Assembly: GCF_000012285.1 (NCBI RefSeq)
Contig: NC_007181.1
Coordinates: 1,260,001 to 1,292,000, forward strand
DNA length: 32,000 bases
Source of the DNA: Sulfolobus acidocaldarius DSM 639
GTDB lineage: Archaea; Thermoproteota; Thermoprotei_A; Sulfolobales; Sulfolobaceae
Direction of reading: 5' to 3'
The notes under the pieces were generated by a model. The model saw only the letters and a program-made list of their open reading frames with translations. It did no database searches and had not been told where the DNA came from. Position 1 is the stretch's first letter, and each line of letters begins with the position of its first letter. Shown here in pieces: positions 17,432-27,075 of this stretch. The position numbers and the translations under genes were made by a program.

Positions 17432-18816
17432 CTGATATATTTTTGAATCTACTTCTATTCGTTTACCCAGCTGTATTTATAATTTATCAAATTATTCTTT
17501 ATGAAATTTCTGCAAGAAAACAAATTAATCAAGAAGCTTTGAAATATTCCAATTTACCTGTTCTTTCCATAATAGTTCCCATTAAGAACGAGGAAATATC
17601 TGTAATACAAGGTCTATTAGACAATTTAAGTAATCTAATCTGGGATAAGAAAAAACTGGAAATAATTATTGTATCAGACGATAATGAGGACTACTTTACT
17701 AAAATAATTAATACAGTCAAGGTTCCAAAGGATCTGACCGTATATTTCTATAGAAGAGAAAAAAAGCTTGGATATAAGAGTGGGGCTCTCCAATACGGTT
17801 TTGAGAAAGCTACTGGAGACTTAATACTTACAATAGACGTAGACTCCAGATTGCCACCAAATGCATTAATTAACGCTTATGAAAAAATGCAGTCTAATAC
17901 ATGCGACGCTATAGTATTTCAATGGAACGGATATTCTAGTAATCAATATTCGACATTAGCAAAAGGGATGGTAGTATCAACTCTGTTTGCTAGCAAAGCT
18001 TTGTTTGAAGGCAAAGAGAAACTAAAGCTAAAGATATATCCTGTTGGGAGCGGCACAATGTTTAGTAGAGAAGCATTACGTGTTGTTAATGGATGGGACT
18101 ACAGATTAGTTCAAGACGACTTAGAAATAGGAACTAGATTAATTTATAACGGTAAAAATGTTTGTGCTAGTGGAATTCCAATATATGTTGAGGTTCCTGA
18201 CAACTTTTACTCATTTTATGTACAGCAAACAAGATGGGCTATGGGTAGTGCAGAAGTTCTCAGAAATAGGTTGAAGTACATTATTAAATCTAAAATTAGC
18301 TTTACCCAGAGAATGGATTTAATCATATACTTGCTTCAATATACTCCTGTTATAGTAACATTCTTTATTTCTACTCTATTATCTTTAATGCTACCCTTCC
18401 GCATAGGTCATGATCCATTAAATTCTCCAGCCTTATTATTTTGGCTGGTATCCTTGGGCTTGTACGCCTCGCTATTACTTTCATTAGCTTTGAAATTGGG
18501 TCTTAACCTTAAGGATAGTCTTATGGGAATTGGTAGACTAACTGCGTTTACAGTTTCTATATCTCCCTTTATAGTTTTTAACTTCTTTAAAGGTCTCTTA
18601 AAATCAGGGAATACATATGTAATAACTCCTAAGGGTACTGTTAAAAAAACCAATAAGCTTTTACGAATAATTGCTATAATAGGTGTTTTTGGTCTCTTAT
18701 ACCTACTCTCATCAATATTATACATATATGAGGGATACTATGTAACCGGAATCTGGTTACTCTACTACTCTAGTGCTTATTTATACACTATGTTACTTTA
18801 CTACAAAGAATTATAA
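17422..18816 (+). CDS. Membrane-embedded family-2 glycosyltransferase with a processive-synthase signature
   Basis: One N-terminal TM segment, a GT-A domain with DxD (DVD, 17836-17844) and QDD, a QxxRW motif (QQTRW, 18223-18237), then multiple C-terminal TM helices. It overlaps the ParB-like gene by 10 nt. Confidence 0.9.
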   Translation: MGLTDIFLNLLLFVYPAVFIIYQIILYEISARKQINQEALKYSNLPVLSIIVPIKNEEISVIQGLLDNLSNLIWDKKKLEIIIVSDDNEDYFTKIINTVKVPKDLTVYFYRREKKLGYKSGALQYGFEKATGDLILTIDVDSRLPPNALINAYEKMQSNTCDAIVFQWNGYSSNQYSTLAKGMVVSTLFASKALFEGKEKLKLKIYPVGSGTMFSREALRVVNGWDYRLVQDDLEIGTRLIYNGKNVCASGIPIYVEVPDNFYSFYVQQTRWAMGSAEVLRNRLKYIIKSKISFTQRMDLIIYLLQYTPVIVTFFISTLLSLMLPFRIGHDPLNSPALLFWLVSLGLYASLLLSLALKLGLNLKDSLMGIGRLTAFTVSISPFIVFNFFKGLLKSGNTYVITPKGTVKKTNKLLRIIAIIGVFGLLYLLSSILYIYEGYYVTGIWLLYYSSAYLYTMLLYYKEL

Positions 18817-18856
18817 CAAGTTCTTATAAGCTAAATGAATGCTATAATTCATTTGG

Positions 18857-21487
18857 ATGGATATTAATACCTTACTCAACACTCCTGACGAAGACGTATT
18901 ATCCCTTTTTACTCCACAGGTAGCAAGATGGTTTAAAGAAAAATATAAAGTATTCACCCCTCCTCAAAAAGGAGCTATACCTTTAATTAAGAAAGGAAAA
19001 AACGTCTTAGTTTCTAGTCCAACAGGTAGCGGTAAAACGCTAGCAGCATTTCTTGGAATCTTAGACACGCTAATAGACTTAGGCTACAAGAACGAGTTAA
19101 ACAAACAGATATACGCAATCTACATATCTCCTTTGAGAGCATTAAACAACGATATGAGAAGGAACTTAATAGAGCCACTTACGGAGTTGAGAAACTTATA
19201 TCCAGATTTACCAGAGATTAGTATAGGAGTAAGAACTAGCGATACCTCATCCTATGAGAAACAAAAGATGCTCAAAAAACCACCGCACATCCTTATTACA
19301 ACACCAGAGTCATTTGGAATATCGTTAGTCTCCCCTAAGTTTAGGGAGAAATTGTCAGATGTTAAATGGGTTATTGTGGACGAAATACATGAATTAGCTA
19401 ATAGTAAGAGAGGAGCATATTTAGCGGGTTTGTTAGAGCTGTATAAGTCATTCATAGCAAAAAATAATTTCGTCAGAATCGGTTTAAGTGCTACAATATC
19501 CCCTTTAGAGGAAGTGGCCAAATTTTTAGTTGGTGGAAATGGCGATTATGAGATTATTGATGCCAGATTTGTAAAGCCTACAGATATTCAAGTAGTATCC
19601 CCTGTAAAAGATTTAGTACATGCTACAGAGGAAGAGGTTAATATCGGAATATATAGTTATTTGGTAGATGAGATAAAGAAACACAAAACTACTCTTATCT
19701 TCACTAATACTAGGCACGCAGCTGAACGTGTAGCTTATAAGCTCAGAAAAATGTTTGAAGATCAAAACATATTTGACAGTGATCTAGTGGCTGCTCATCA
19801 CAGTAGTTTAAGTAGAGATGTGAGGTTAGAAGTTGAGGAGAAATTGAAAAGAGGGGAATTGAAAGTTGTTGTTTCATCTACTAGTTTAGAGCTAGGAATA
19901 GACATTGGATATATAGACCTAGTGACTCTTTTAAGTAGTCCAAAGAGTGTAAGTAGATTGTTGCAGAGAGTAGGGAGGGCAGGACATCATATTAGGGAAG
20001 TTAGTAAGGGAAGAGTTGTTGTTGTGGATAGGGATGATTTAGTGGAGTGTACAGTTTTAGCCAAGCTTGCTATAGATAGGAAGATCGATAATATACATGT
20101 TCCTGAGAATCCATTAGATGTTTTAACTCAGTTAATAGTTGCGGCAAGTTTAATAACGCCAATAGAAAAGGACAAGTTATATGAGATCATAAAGAACGTT
20201 TATAATTTCAGATCTCTAAGTTATGATGAATACAATAATGTTGCTGAATACCTAGCAGGGAACTACGGACTTGATTCTAATAAAGTATATGCAAAGATTA
20301 GGATTAAGGATGGTATGATCAGTCCAAAAAGAGGTACTAGGATGATTTTCTTCTTAAATAGTGGTACCATACCAGACGAAGCAATGATACCTGTAAAAAT
20401 GGAAAATGGAGGGTATGTAGGAAATTTAGAGGAAGAGTTTGTGGAGATTCTCGCTCCTGGAGATATATTCGTCTTAGCTGGTAAGACGTATGAGTTCATA
20501 AGAAGTGAAGGAAACTCAGTAATTGTTAAAAAATCTGAGGGTCAAAGACCTACTGTTCCCAGCTGGTTTTCTGAAATGTTACCACTTGCTTTTGATTCGG
20601 CTATTGAAATAGGTAAATTTAGGGGCAAAATCGCTGAGGCAATAATGAATGAGGTGCCTAAGGACGAGGTTATCTCGAGCATCATGTCTGAATATAATCT
20701 TTCACGATTTGCTGCTCTTTCAATTTATAATTATGTGAAGGAAGAACTATTATTCACTGGTGGTATAGTTCCCACTGATAAATTACTCCTAATAGAAGTA
20801 TACGACGATGATGATCAGAATAGGAATTTCATATTTCATGGTTTATATGGTCGTAGAACTGTAGATGCTCTATCTAGAGCTATAGCTTATATAATAAGTA
20901 AAGATCTTAATATGGACGTGAGAATAGCGATAACAGATAACGGATTTGCCATAACCGTACCCGGTAAACAAGAATACGAAATTAGCAAAGTTTTTGACAA
21001 ATTAGAACCGGATAAGATGTATGAGATTCTGAGTGACGTGATTCTGAGAACTGAAATGATCAAAAGGAGATTTAGACACTGTGCCGAAAGATCGTTTATG
21101 CTTCTAAAGAGATATAAGGGTAGAGAAACCAGTATTGACAGAAGGCAAATAAATTCAGAGGTTCTATTGGGAGTAGTTAGGCAAATTGAACATTTCCCTG
21201 TGTTGAAAGAGACAGTCAGGGAAATTTTAGAGGATTATATGGATATAAAAAGAGCTATTGAAATCGTAGAAAAAATCAGAAACGGTGATATAAAAGTAGC
21301 AACTATAGGTCCTAATCAAGTCCCAAGTCCATTTGCTCATAACATATTAGTGAAGCAGTACACTGATGTGGTTTTAGCCGAAGATAAAAGAGAGCTACTA
21401 AAAGAGCTTCATAATAAGGTCATAGAGTTCCTTAGGAATAAGGGAATCGATATCGATCTCGAGTACACCGAAGCTGGGATCAAATAA
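18857..21487 (+). CDS. Large SF2 DEAD/DEAH-box helicase, Lhr-core / Hel112-like ('RecQ-like' helicase of the ups-linked cluster)
   Basis: Motif I is SPTGSGKT, motif II is DEIH, and motif VI is QRVGRAGH. A long C-terminal DEAD-associated region follows. The 876-aa length is close to my recollection of S. solfataricus Hel112. Confidence 0.9.
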   Translation: MDINTLLNTPDEDVLSLFTPQVARWFKEKYKVFTPPQKGAIPLIKKGKNVLVSSPTGSGKTLAAFLGILDTLIDLGYKNELNKQIYAIYISPLRALNNDMRRNLIEPLTELRNLYPDLPEISIGVRTSDTSSYEKQKMLKKPPHILITTPESFGISLVSPKFREKLSDVKWVIVDEIHELANSKRGAYLAGLLELYKSFIAKNNFVRIGLSATISPLEEVAKFLVGGNGDYEIIDARFVKPTDIQVVSPVKDLVHATEEEVNIGIYSYLVDEIKKHKTTLIFTNTRHAAERVAYKLRKMFEDQNIFDSDLVAAHHSSLSRDVRLEVEEKLKRGELKVVVSSTSLELGIDIGYIDLVTLLSSPKSVSRLLQRVGRAGHHIREVSKGRVVVVDRDDLVECTVLAKLAIDRKIDNIHVPENPLDVLTQLIVAASLITPIEKDKLYEIIKNVYNFRSLSYDEYNNVAEYLAGNYGLDSNKVYAKIRIKDGMISPKRGTRMIFFLNSGTIPDEAMIPVKMENGGYVGNLEEEFVEILAPGDIFVLAGKTYEFIRSEGNSVIVKKSEGQRPTVPSWFSEMLPLAFDSAIEIGKFRGKIAEAIMNEVPKDEVISSIMSEYNLSRFAALSIYNYVKEELLFTGGIVPTDKLLLIEVYDDDDQNRNFIFHGLYGRRTVDALSRAIAYIISKDLNMDVRIAITDNGFAITVPGKQEYEISKVFDKLEPDKMYEILSDVILRTEMIKRRFRHCAERSFMLLKRYKGRETSIDRRQINSEVLLGVVRQIEHFPVLKETVREILEDYMDIKRAIEIVEKIRNGDIKVATIGPNQVPSPFAHNILVKQYTDVVLAEDKRELLKELHNKVIEFLRNKGIDIDLEYTEAGIK

Positions 21488-21730
21488 ATACCCTTCAATA
21501 CAATCTTTTCCTTTTATAATCCATGGGACTCTCCATAAATACATTCCTAATACATCAAGGTTACTGGGTTTACACTCCCCTTCATGGGTATGTAGTATAG
21601 ATTTTACTTTTTCTGCAACCTTGTAGAATTCAGAAGGGTCAATTTCAAACATGAATTTACTTCTGGCTAGATTATGCATTTCAATCAATTCGTTATTCGT
21701 TGTAATTATTGCTATTCGTTCCATTTTCAT
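21398..21730 (-). CDS. Small JAB/MPN (JAMM-like) domain protein
   Basis: HTHEGECKPSNLD resembles the JAMM H-x-H-x(6-7)-S-x2-D metal site, with an upstream acidic residue (FEIDPSE). ATGA overlap with the upstream HTH-CBS gene. The 3' 90 nt overlap the helicase 3' end on the opposite strand. Confidence 0.5.
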   Translation of the reverse strand: MKMERIAIITTNNELIEMHNLARSKFMFEIDPSEFYKVAEKVKSILHTHEGECKPSNLDVLGMYLWRVPWIIKGKDCIEGYLFDPSFGVLEIDIDSLIPKELYDLIMKLF

Positions 21731-22632
21731 AATGTTATAATTTCCTCTAAGCCTGCTATAGTTTTTAAGATATCTGTTCTTGTCACAATACCTATAACCC
21801 GTTGATCCTTGTTTAAAACCAATAACCTACCTACATTATATATTAACATCTTTTTTATTGCAGTAAGAACGTCATCATCTTCACTTATACTGATAACATT
21901 AGTCTTCATATAATCAGAAACTTTAGCATCATATCTCTGCTCGAAGAACGCCTTTATTATATCTGCAGTGGTAAGTATTCCAAGATTCTTACCTTCATTA
22001 TCAAGTACGGGGGCTCCTCTTATTCCTTCCTTGTATAGTATCTGTGAAGCGTCTCTGAGGGTATTTTCTGGCTTAAGGGCAACAAGTCTCTTGCCCATAA
22101 TGTTTTTCACTTGTACTTTAGGAATACTTACCATTCTGGTAACATCTATAACTAGTTCTTTTCTCTCGTCGTCAGTATGTATTATGACGCCCTCTATTAC
22201 GAGCCTGGTATATGGTATGGGTCCTATTTTAACAGTATCTCCAACCTTAATTTTTCTTAAGTCTCCACTAACCTTTAGAAGTACTTTATTTCCATTCGGA
22301 TTAGTAATATCAAGGATTTCAATATTATTAATTCTTATATCTGTCTCCATTCCGTCCTTATATAATGTTAATTGACTCAGTAAAGGTGTGATTACAGGAT
22401 TTTTTATAGCCTCATAAGCTTTAAGTGTGGGCACGTATCCACCGCTGGGTCCAGGTTTTGATTCTATAAGTCCTAAAACTTTAAGGCTAAGTATAACGTT
22501 CCTAACTGTACCTTCGTCCTTACCAATCATATCGGCTATTTCCTTACTTTTAACCATTCTTTTATTCTTGTTATATATATCTATTAATGCTAGAAGAATT
22601 TCTCTTTGCGTTGATGATAGATTCTGCATCAA
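21727..22632 (-). CDS. HTH-CBS protein: N-terminal winged HTH, central beta domain, C-terminal CBS pair
   Basis: The N-terminus reads REILLALIDIYNKNKRMVKSKEIADMIGKDEGTVRNVILSLKVLGLIESKPGPSGGY. The C-terminus has two CBS repeats (VKNIMGKRLVALKP...GAPVLDNEGKNLGILTTADI and VSDYMKTNVISI...GRLLVLNKDQRVIGIVTRTDIL). Confidence 0.85.
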   Translation of the reverse strand: MMQNLSSTQREILLALIDIYNKNKRMVKSKEIADMIGKDEGTVRNVILSLKVLGLIESKPGPSGGYVPTLKAYEAIKNPVITPLLSQLTLYKDGMETDIRINNIEILDITNPNGNKVLLKVSGDLRKIKVGDTVKIGPIPYTRLVIEGVIIHTDDERKELVIDVTRMVSIPKVQVKNIMGKRLVALKPENTLRDASQILYKEGIRGAPVLDNEGKNLGILTTADIIKAFFEQRYDAKVSDYMKTNVISISEDDDVLTAIKKMLIYNVGRLLVLNKDQRVIGIVTRTDILKTIAGLEEIITL

Positions 22633-22668
22633 TAATTATAATATCTTATACGTTTAAAAATTATTTGA

Positions 22669-23355
22669 TCAACCTAATACCTTTTTAAGCAATTTCTGAT
22701 CTATATTGAATACTTCCTTACCAATTAAACTTATATACTCTGGTTTAGGTAGTGGATACTTAATCCCTATACTTATCGCTAAAGCTCTCTTGAAGGCTTC
22801 AGCGTTCATCTTGTCTTTAATGGTCTTCTCTGCAATACCTTCAGCTACCTTAAATGCAGTATAAAATCTGGCGAAACTTACAGCAGTATGTTTCATTTCG
22901 TCTATGTTAGTAAAATCTAAGTTTCTCATTGCAATGTATAAATTCTCTTCTGGCTTAAATGAAAAAATGCCCTGTATAAAAATTAATCTCAATACTTTCG
23001 CAAGACTCCCTTTATCTTTTTGAAGTAGTTCAAACGCCTCTATTGGTTTATTTTCTATTAAAATTTCCGATGCTCTGTCTATAACTATTTCAGGCATAAG
23101 TAGTTTCTCAAAAACTTCTTTGTAATCATTAAATAGTCCTAAGCCTTCTTTTCCAACTACATATAAACTTATGAGCTCTTTCTCGTATAGATCTTCTGCC
23201 TTAAATCCTCTTATCGGCTTTATGTCATTTGTCTCATAGCTTTCTTTCAATAAGTCGACTAATACCTCTCTTGTTAGATGTGTATATTTCTCTACTAGAC
23301 TTCCCCATAACTCAGTTAGGACTCGTACCCTTTCCCTATATATCTCTTTTACCAC
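22669..23355 (-). CDS. Conserved-looking hypothetical, all-helical protein (possibly the archaeal DUF2192 family; uncertain)
   Basis: 228-aa ORF with coding-like composition and no TM segment or catalytic motif. The family name comes from memory only. Confidence 0.5.
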   Translation of the reverse strand: MVKEIYRERVRVLTELWGSLVEKYTHLTREVLVDLLKESYETNDIKPIRGFKAEDLYEKELISLYVVGKEGLGLFNDYKEVFEKLLMPEIVIDRASEILIENKPIEAFELLQKDKGSLAKVLRLIFIQGIFSFKPEENLYIAMRNLDFTNIDEMKHTAVSFARFYTAFKVAEGIAEKTIKDKMNAEAFKRALAISIGIKYPLPKPEYISLIGKEVFNIDQKLLKKVLG

Positions 23356-23409
23356 AATTCTGAAATTAGCAATTCACCTTAAAAAGGTATTAAATATAAT
23401 CATATAAGT

Positions 23410-23802
23410 ATGAGCGCCGTAACAGAAGATGGTTTAAAACCTACAATAGTACTTGTCTCTGCATCAGAATTAGAGGAAGAGGTAAAGAAATTAAGTGACA
23501 AAGTTAATAATTTAGTTACAGATAGTAGGGCACAGAACGAGGAATTAAAGACAGAAATAAATAATATCAAAAGTCTTATAAGCTGGCTCTCTATAGCCAG
23601 ATCCCAGGGTATATGGAAAGCCAAGACATGTAAACACTCGGTAAACGAGAAATGTAATGCATGGAATATATCTGATCCTGAGAAATTAGGAATTCCTCAA
23701 GAATATGTTTCTGAGGGGGAAAATGGTTCTAAAAAAGTCTTAGTAGGAAAATTCTCTGAGATATGTATAACGTGTCCATTATATGATCCTAAGGGTAGGT
23801 AA
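23410..23802 (+). CDS. Hypothetical protein: N-terminal coiled coil plus a C-terminal 4-Cys (zinc-ribbon-like) region
   Basis: A heptad-like stretch (ELEEEVKKLSDKVNNLVTDSRAQNEELKTEINNIKSL) is followed by C-x7-C (CKHSVNEKC) and C-x2-C (CITC). Confidence 0.5.
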   Translation: MSAVTEDGLKPTIVLVSASELEEEVKKLSDKVNNLVTDSRAQNEELKTEINNIKSLISWLSIARSQGIWKAKTCKHSVNEKCNAWNISDPEKLGIPQEYVSEGENGSKKVLVGKFSEICITCPLYDPKGR

Positions 23803-24115
23803 TTGTATTAAGAATTTTTTTAATTTTCTCGACCTTTTTATCAACAAGTTTGTACTCATTAACCAACTCCTCAACACTAATCATTATATCGTCTATTATT
23901 ATGTTTAGAATTTCCCTCTTTTCTTCATCATCTGCAATTTCTATAGCCTTTTCGATCGTATCATCACTTGGATGTGTTATACCATTAACAAACTTTGTAA
24001 CAGCTGCTGGCGATATCTCTAGTTCTTCAGCTAACTCCTTCTTCGACCTATTCTCCAGCAATATCTCAATTATCTTTGCTCTGGCATCTTTACTTAGATT
24101 ATGAATTATCCTCAA
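23789..24115 (-). CDS. Small HTH DNA-binding protein
   Basis: KKELAEELEISPAAVTKFVNGITHP is a helix-turn-helix pattern, followed by an acidic helical tail. The gene overlaps the convergent 23410..23802 ORF by 14 nt. Confidence 0.6.
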   Translation of the reverse strand: MRIIHNLSKDARAKIIEILLENRSKKELAEELEISPAAVTKFVNGITHPSDDTIEKAIEIADDEEKREILNIIIDDIMISVEELVNEYKLVDKKVEKIKKILNTITYP

Positions 24116-24169
24116 ACCGTAGTAAATTATGCCTAAAATTTAATAAGATAAGTAGGCTATGACAACCTA

Positions 24170-25051
24170 ATGAAAGCAATAGTATTCGATTTGGGTATTA
24201 CGCGGAAAGACGTGGTTGAAAAGCCTATAAATAAGGATTATTTGATGGTAACACCTATTAAAGCATTGATTTCTGGTCTTGAAAACGCAATATATTCAGG
24301 ATTCTTATGGGTAGAACCAAATAGAATCTTGGGAAGCTCTGGTATAGTAAAAATAAATAACGTAGGGATTGATGTGGACAAGAGTTTAGAGGGAAAAACA
24401 GCGGTTGTTCTTCCATATTCTAATAGGTATGGCGGTATAGGGACAGAAATAGATGGTATATTAGCTGAAAAGGCAGTGATACCATTGGATTCCATAGTTA
24501 CCATTCCCGAGGATTATAGTGTAAAATATGTGATATATCCTTATGTTTCCATAGGACTACAGCTTAGGAAAATCTTCAAGGGATATAATGTGTTAATTGC
24601 AGGTGGTGGAATTTCTTCATATATATCTGCTCTTGCATTAGTTGGTTATGCTAACAGGGTCGCCGTATATAATGAAGATGGGTATACGAATATCAGGTTA
24701 TACGGAGTGGAAGAAATTAAAAAGGGAGAAAATTACCACTGGGAAGCATTATTTATAACTACCATGAGAGCCTGGATAAGGGTTGAACTAGGGTTATTGA
24801 ATGACGAGAATAAGATAGTGGCTATACCCAGGTTACTAAATTCATGGCCAACTGCAATACCAGCTAACCTAGAGATAAAATTCGTTAAACCAGCTAAGAT
24901 GGATGGAGTACTTAATTATATTGATGAGGAGGTTTCAGAAAAGGTGTTTAATCAACTTGTAATACTTTCCGATGATATAATCTCCTCTTTGCCAACACCA
25001 AGACCTGGGGTTATTGTGGATATGGAAAAAGAATTTAAGAAAAAGATTTGA
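24170..25051 (+). CDS. Medium-chain dehydrogenase/reductase (alcohol-dehydrogenase-like) fold protein lacking obvious zinc ligands
   Basis: MKAIVF... GroES-like N-terminus and a Rossmann-like [17 protein letters not shown] stretch. No Cys/His zinc-site pattern was seen. Confidence 0.5.
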   Translation: MKAIVFDLGITRKDVVEKPINKDYLMVTPIKALISGLENAIYSGFLWVEPNRILGSSGIVKINNVGIDVDKSLEGKTAVVLPYSNRYGGIGTEIDGILAEKAVIPLDSIVTIPEDYSVKYVIYPYVSIGLQLRKIFKGYNVLIAGGGISSYISALALVGYANRVAVYNEDGYTNIRLYGVEEIKKGENYHWEALFITTMRAWIRVELGLLNDENKIVAIPRLLNSWPTAIPANLEIKFVKPAKMDGVLNYIDEEVSEKVFNQLVILSDDIISSLPTPRPGVIVDMEKEFKKKI

Positions 25052-26234
25052 TAACGGAGGACAGGATTTGTATAGCTTTTTCTAAATCTGATTCTGTTGG
25101 GTAACTGAAGTTCAATCTCATGGTATTTCTTCCACTGTAATCGTAGTAGAAACTCGCACCGGGGACGTAGGCAACTCCTCTTTTTACAGCTTCCTCTAAC
25201 ATTTTAGTAGTATCAATCTTTTTGTCTAACCACGCAAAAACAAACATTCCACCAACAGGTTTACTCCATCTTGCATCCTTTGGGAAATATTTATTGATAG
25301 CATCAAGCATTACATCTCTCTTATGTCTATATATCTGCCTAATTTTAGGTATCTGCCTCTCTATTACACCTCTTTTTATCGCCTCCATTGCTATCATTTG
25401 AGTAAAACTAGGTGTATGAAGGTCGACGTTCTGCTTGTACATTTCTACATTTTTTATGAATTCCTCATTTGCTACTATCCAACCCAATCGGAATCCAGGT
25501 GCTAATATTTTACTAAATGTGGATGTGTATATTACTCTTCCTGACTTATCTAACGCTTTAAGAGGTGGTGGATTATCTCCATCAAATACAAGGAATCCAT
25601 ACGCATCATCCTCCACTACTAGGATATCATAGTTTTCAGCAATTTCAAGTAGTCTTTTCCTATCGCTTAGATTCATAGTTGTTCCTGCGGGGTTTTGAGC
25701 TGTAGGTATAACATACAAAAGCTTGGGTTTCTTTCCTTCACTTATACTTTTCTTTATCTTTGTCTCTAATTCATCTAGGTCTAGTCCATTCTCTTTTACA
25801 TTTACACCGATGAAAATTGGTTTCCTTGATCTAAGTATATTTAAAGCCGCAAGGTAGCTCGGCATTTCTACAATTACTACATCTCCTGGGTCTACTAGAA
25901 GATTAAATATCATGAATAATGCTTCTTGACTACCAACTGTAGCGAATACGTTTCTGTCATTGATTCCTGTAATTCCACGCTTATTTGAAAGATTAACTAG
26001 CTCTCTTCTAAATTCACTAATTCCTGCTGTGGCAGTGTATTGTAAACCTTTTTCAGGATCGTTATCAAGTATATCCTGGGTTATTTTCTTTATCTCCTCA
26101 ACAGGAAAAGTATCTGGAGCAGGCAGTCCTCCTGCTAAACTAATTACATTTTTCCCTTCTGTAATTTTTAGAATATCTCTTATTTCAGAACCTTTTAACA
26201 AAGCTGCGTCCTTCGATAGAAAACGTTCAAACAT
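25035..26234 (-). CDS. PLP-dependent class I/II aminotransferase (LysN/ARO8/KAT-like)
   Basis: GLPAPDTFP near the N-terminus, [21 protein letters not shown], and the PLP-lysine motif [15 protein letters not shown]. Confidence 0.9.
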   Translation of the reverse strand: MFERFLSKDAALLKGSEIRDILKITEGKNVISLAGGLPAPDTFPVEEIKKITQDILDNDPEKGLQYTATAGISEFRRELVNLSNKRGITGINDRNVFATVGSQEALFMIFNLLVDPGDVVIVEMPSYLAALNILRSRKPIFIGVNVKENGLDLDELETKIKKSISEGKKPKLLYVIPTAQNPAGTTMNLSDRKRLLEIAENYDILVVEDDAYGFLVFDGDNPPPLKALDKSGRVIYTSTFSKILAPGFRLGWIVANEEFIKNVEMYKQNVDLHTPSFTQMIAMEAIKRGVIERQIPKIRQIYRHKRDVMLDAINKYFPKDARWSKPVGGMFVFAWLDKKIDTTKMLEEAVKRGVAYVPGASFYYDYSGRNTMRLNFSYPTESDLEKAIQILSSVIKSFS

Positions 26235-26280
26235 TGTTTGTCACGACTAAATATAAATCCAATCGTTTTTAATTGTTTCT

Positions 26281-27075
26281 ATGGAAAACTGGTATGCAGA
26301 GATTATTACGATAGGAAATGAGATTTTGAGTGGAAAGACAATAAACACGAATGCTTCCCATATTGCAAGGAGAATTCTCTCGCTAGGGTATGTAGTGAGA
26401 AGAATTACCACGGTGATGGATGACATAGAAGAAATATCACTAGTATTTAAAGAAGCTATAAACAGGAAACCTAAACTCATAATTTCCACAGGTGGATTAG
26501 GACCTACTTATGATGATAAAACTAGTGAAGGACTTGCATTGGCATTAGGAGTTAGTTTTGAAATAAATAAAGATGCATACGAAATGATAGTGGAAAAGTA
26601 CAAGAAACGTGGACTTCCTTTAACCGAAGAAAGAGTCAAGATGGCTAAAATGCCTGCTGGTGCTGCTCCGGTAAGGAACGATGAAGGAATAGCCCCAGGT
26701 ATATATATTCTTCATAAAGATATAGAAATATTAGCCACACCGGGAGTTCCGAGAGAGATGGAAAATGTACTAGAAAATTTCATTAAATATCATCTTAAAA
26801 ACAGACCTAATATTTCTTATTACGAAAACTCATTTTTATTGCTAGGAGTAATGGAATCTACCATTGCGCCTTATGTAAAAGAACTTGTTAAAAAATATAA
26901 TTTATACATAAAGACTCATCCAAGGAGTAAAGAGATGGATAAGCCCGAGTTGGAAGTCCAAGTAGCAGGTAGTAGTACTGATAAAGAGGAAATCACAAGA
27001 ATAGTGAATGAATGTATTAATGAATTAAAACAAATAGGAACTAGGCTAGGTGGTAGAGTACAGGAAATTATGTAG
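26281..27075 (+). CDS. CinA-like / MoCF-binding (MoaB-Mog-type) domain protein
   Basis: [26 protein letters not shown]...[16 protein letters not shown] is the classic CinA N-terminal domain pattern. Confidence 0.85.
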   Translation: MENWYAEIITIGNEILSGKTINTNASHIARRILSLGYVVRRITTVMDDIEEISLVFKEAINRKPKLIISTGGLGPTYDDKTSEGLALALGVSFEINKDAYEMIVEKYKKRGLPLTEERVKMAKMPAGAAPVRNDEGIAPGIYILHKDIEILATPGVPREMENVLENFIKYHLKNRPNISYYENSFLLLGVMESTIAPYVKELVKKYNLYIKTHPRSKEMDKPELEVQVAGSSTDKEEITRIVNECINELKQIGTRLGGRVQEIM

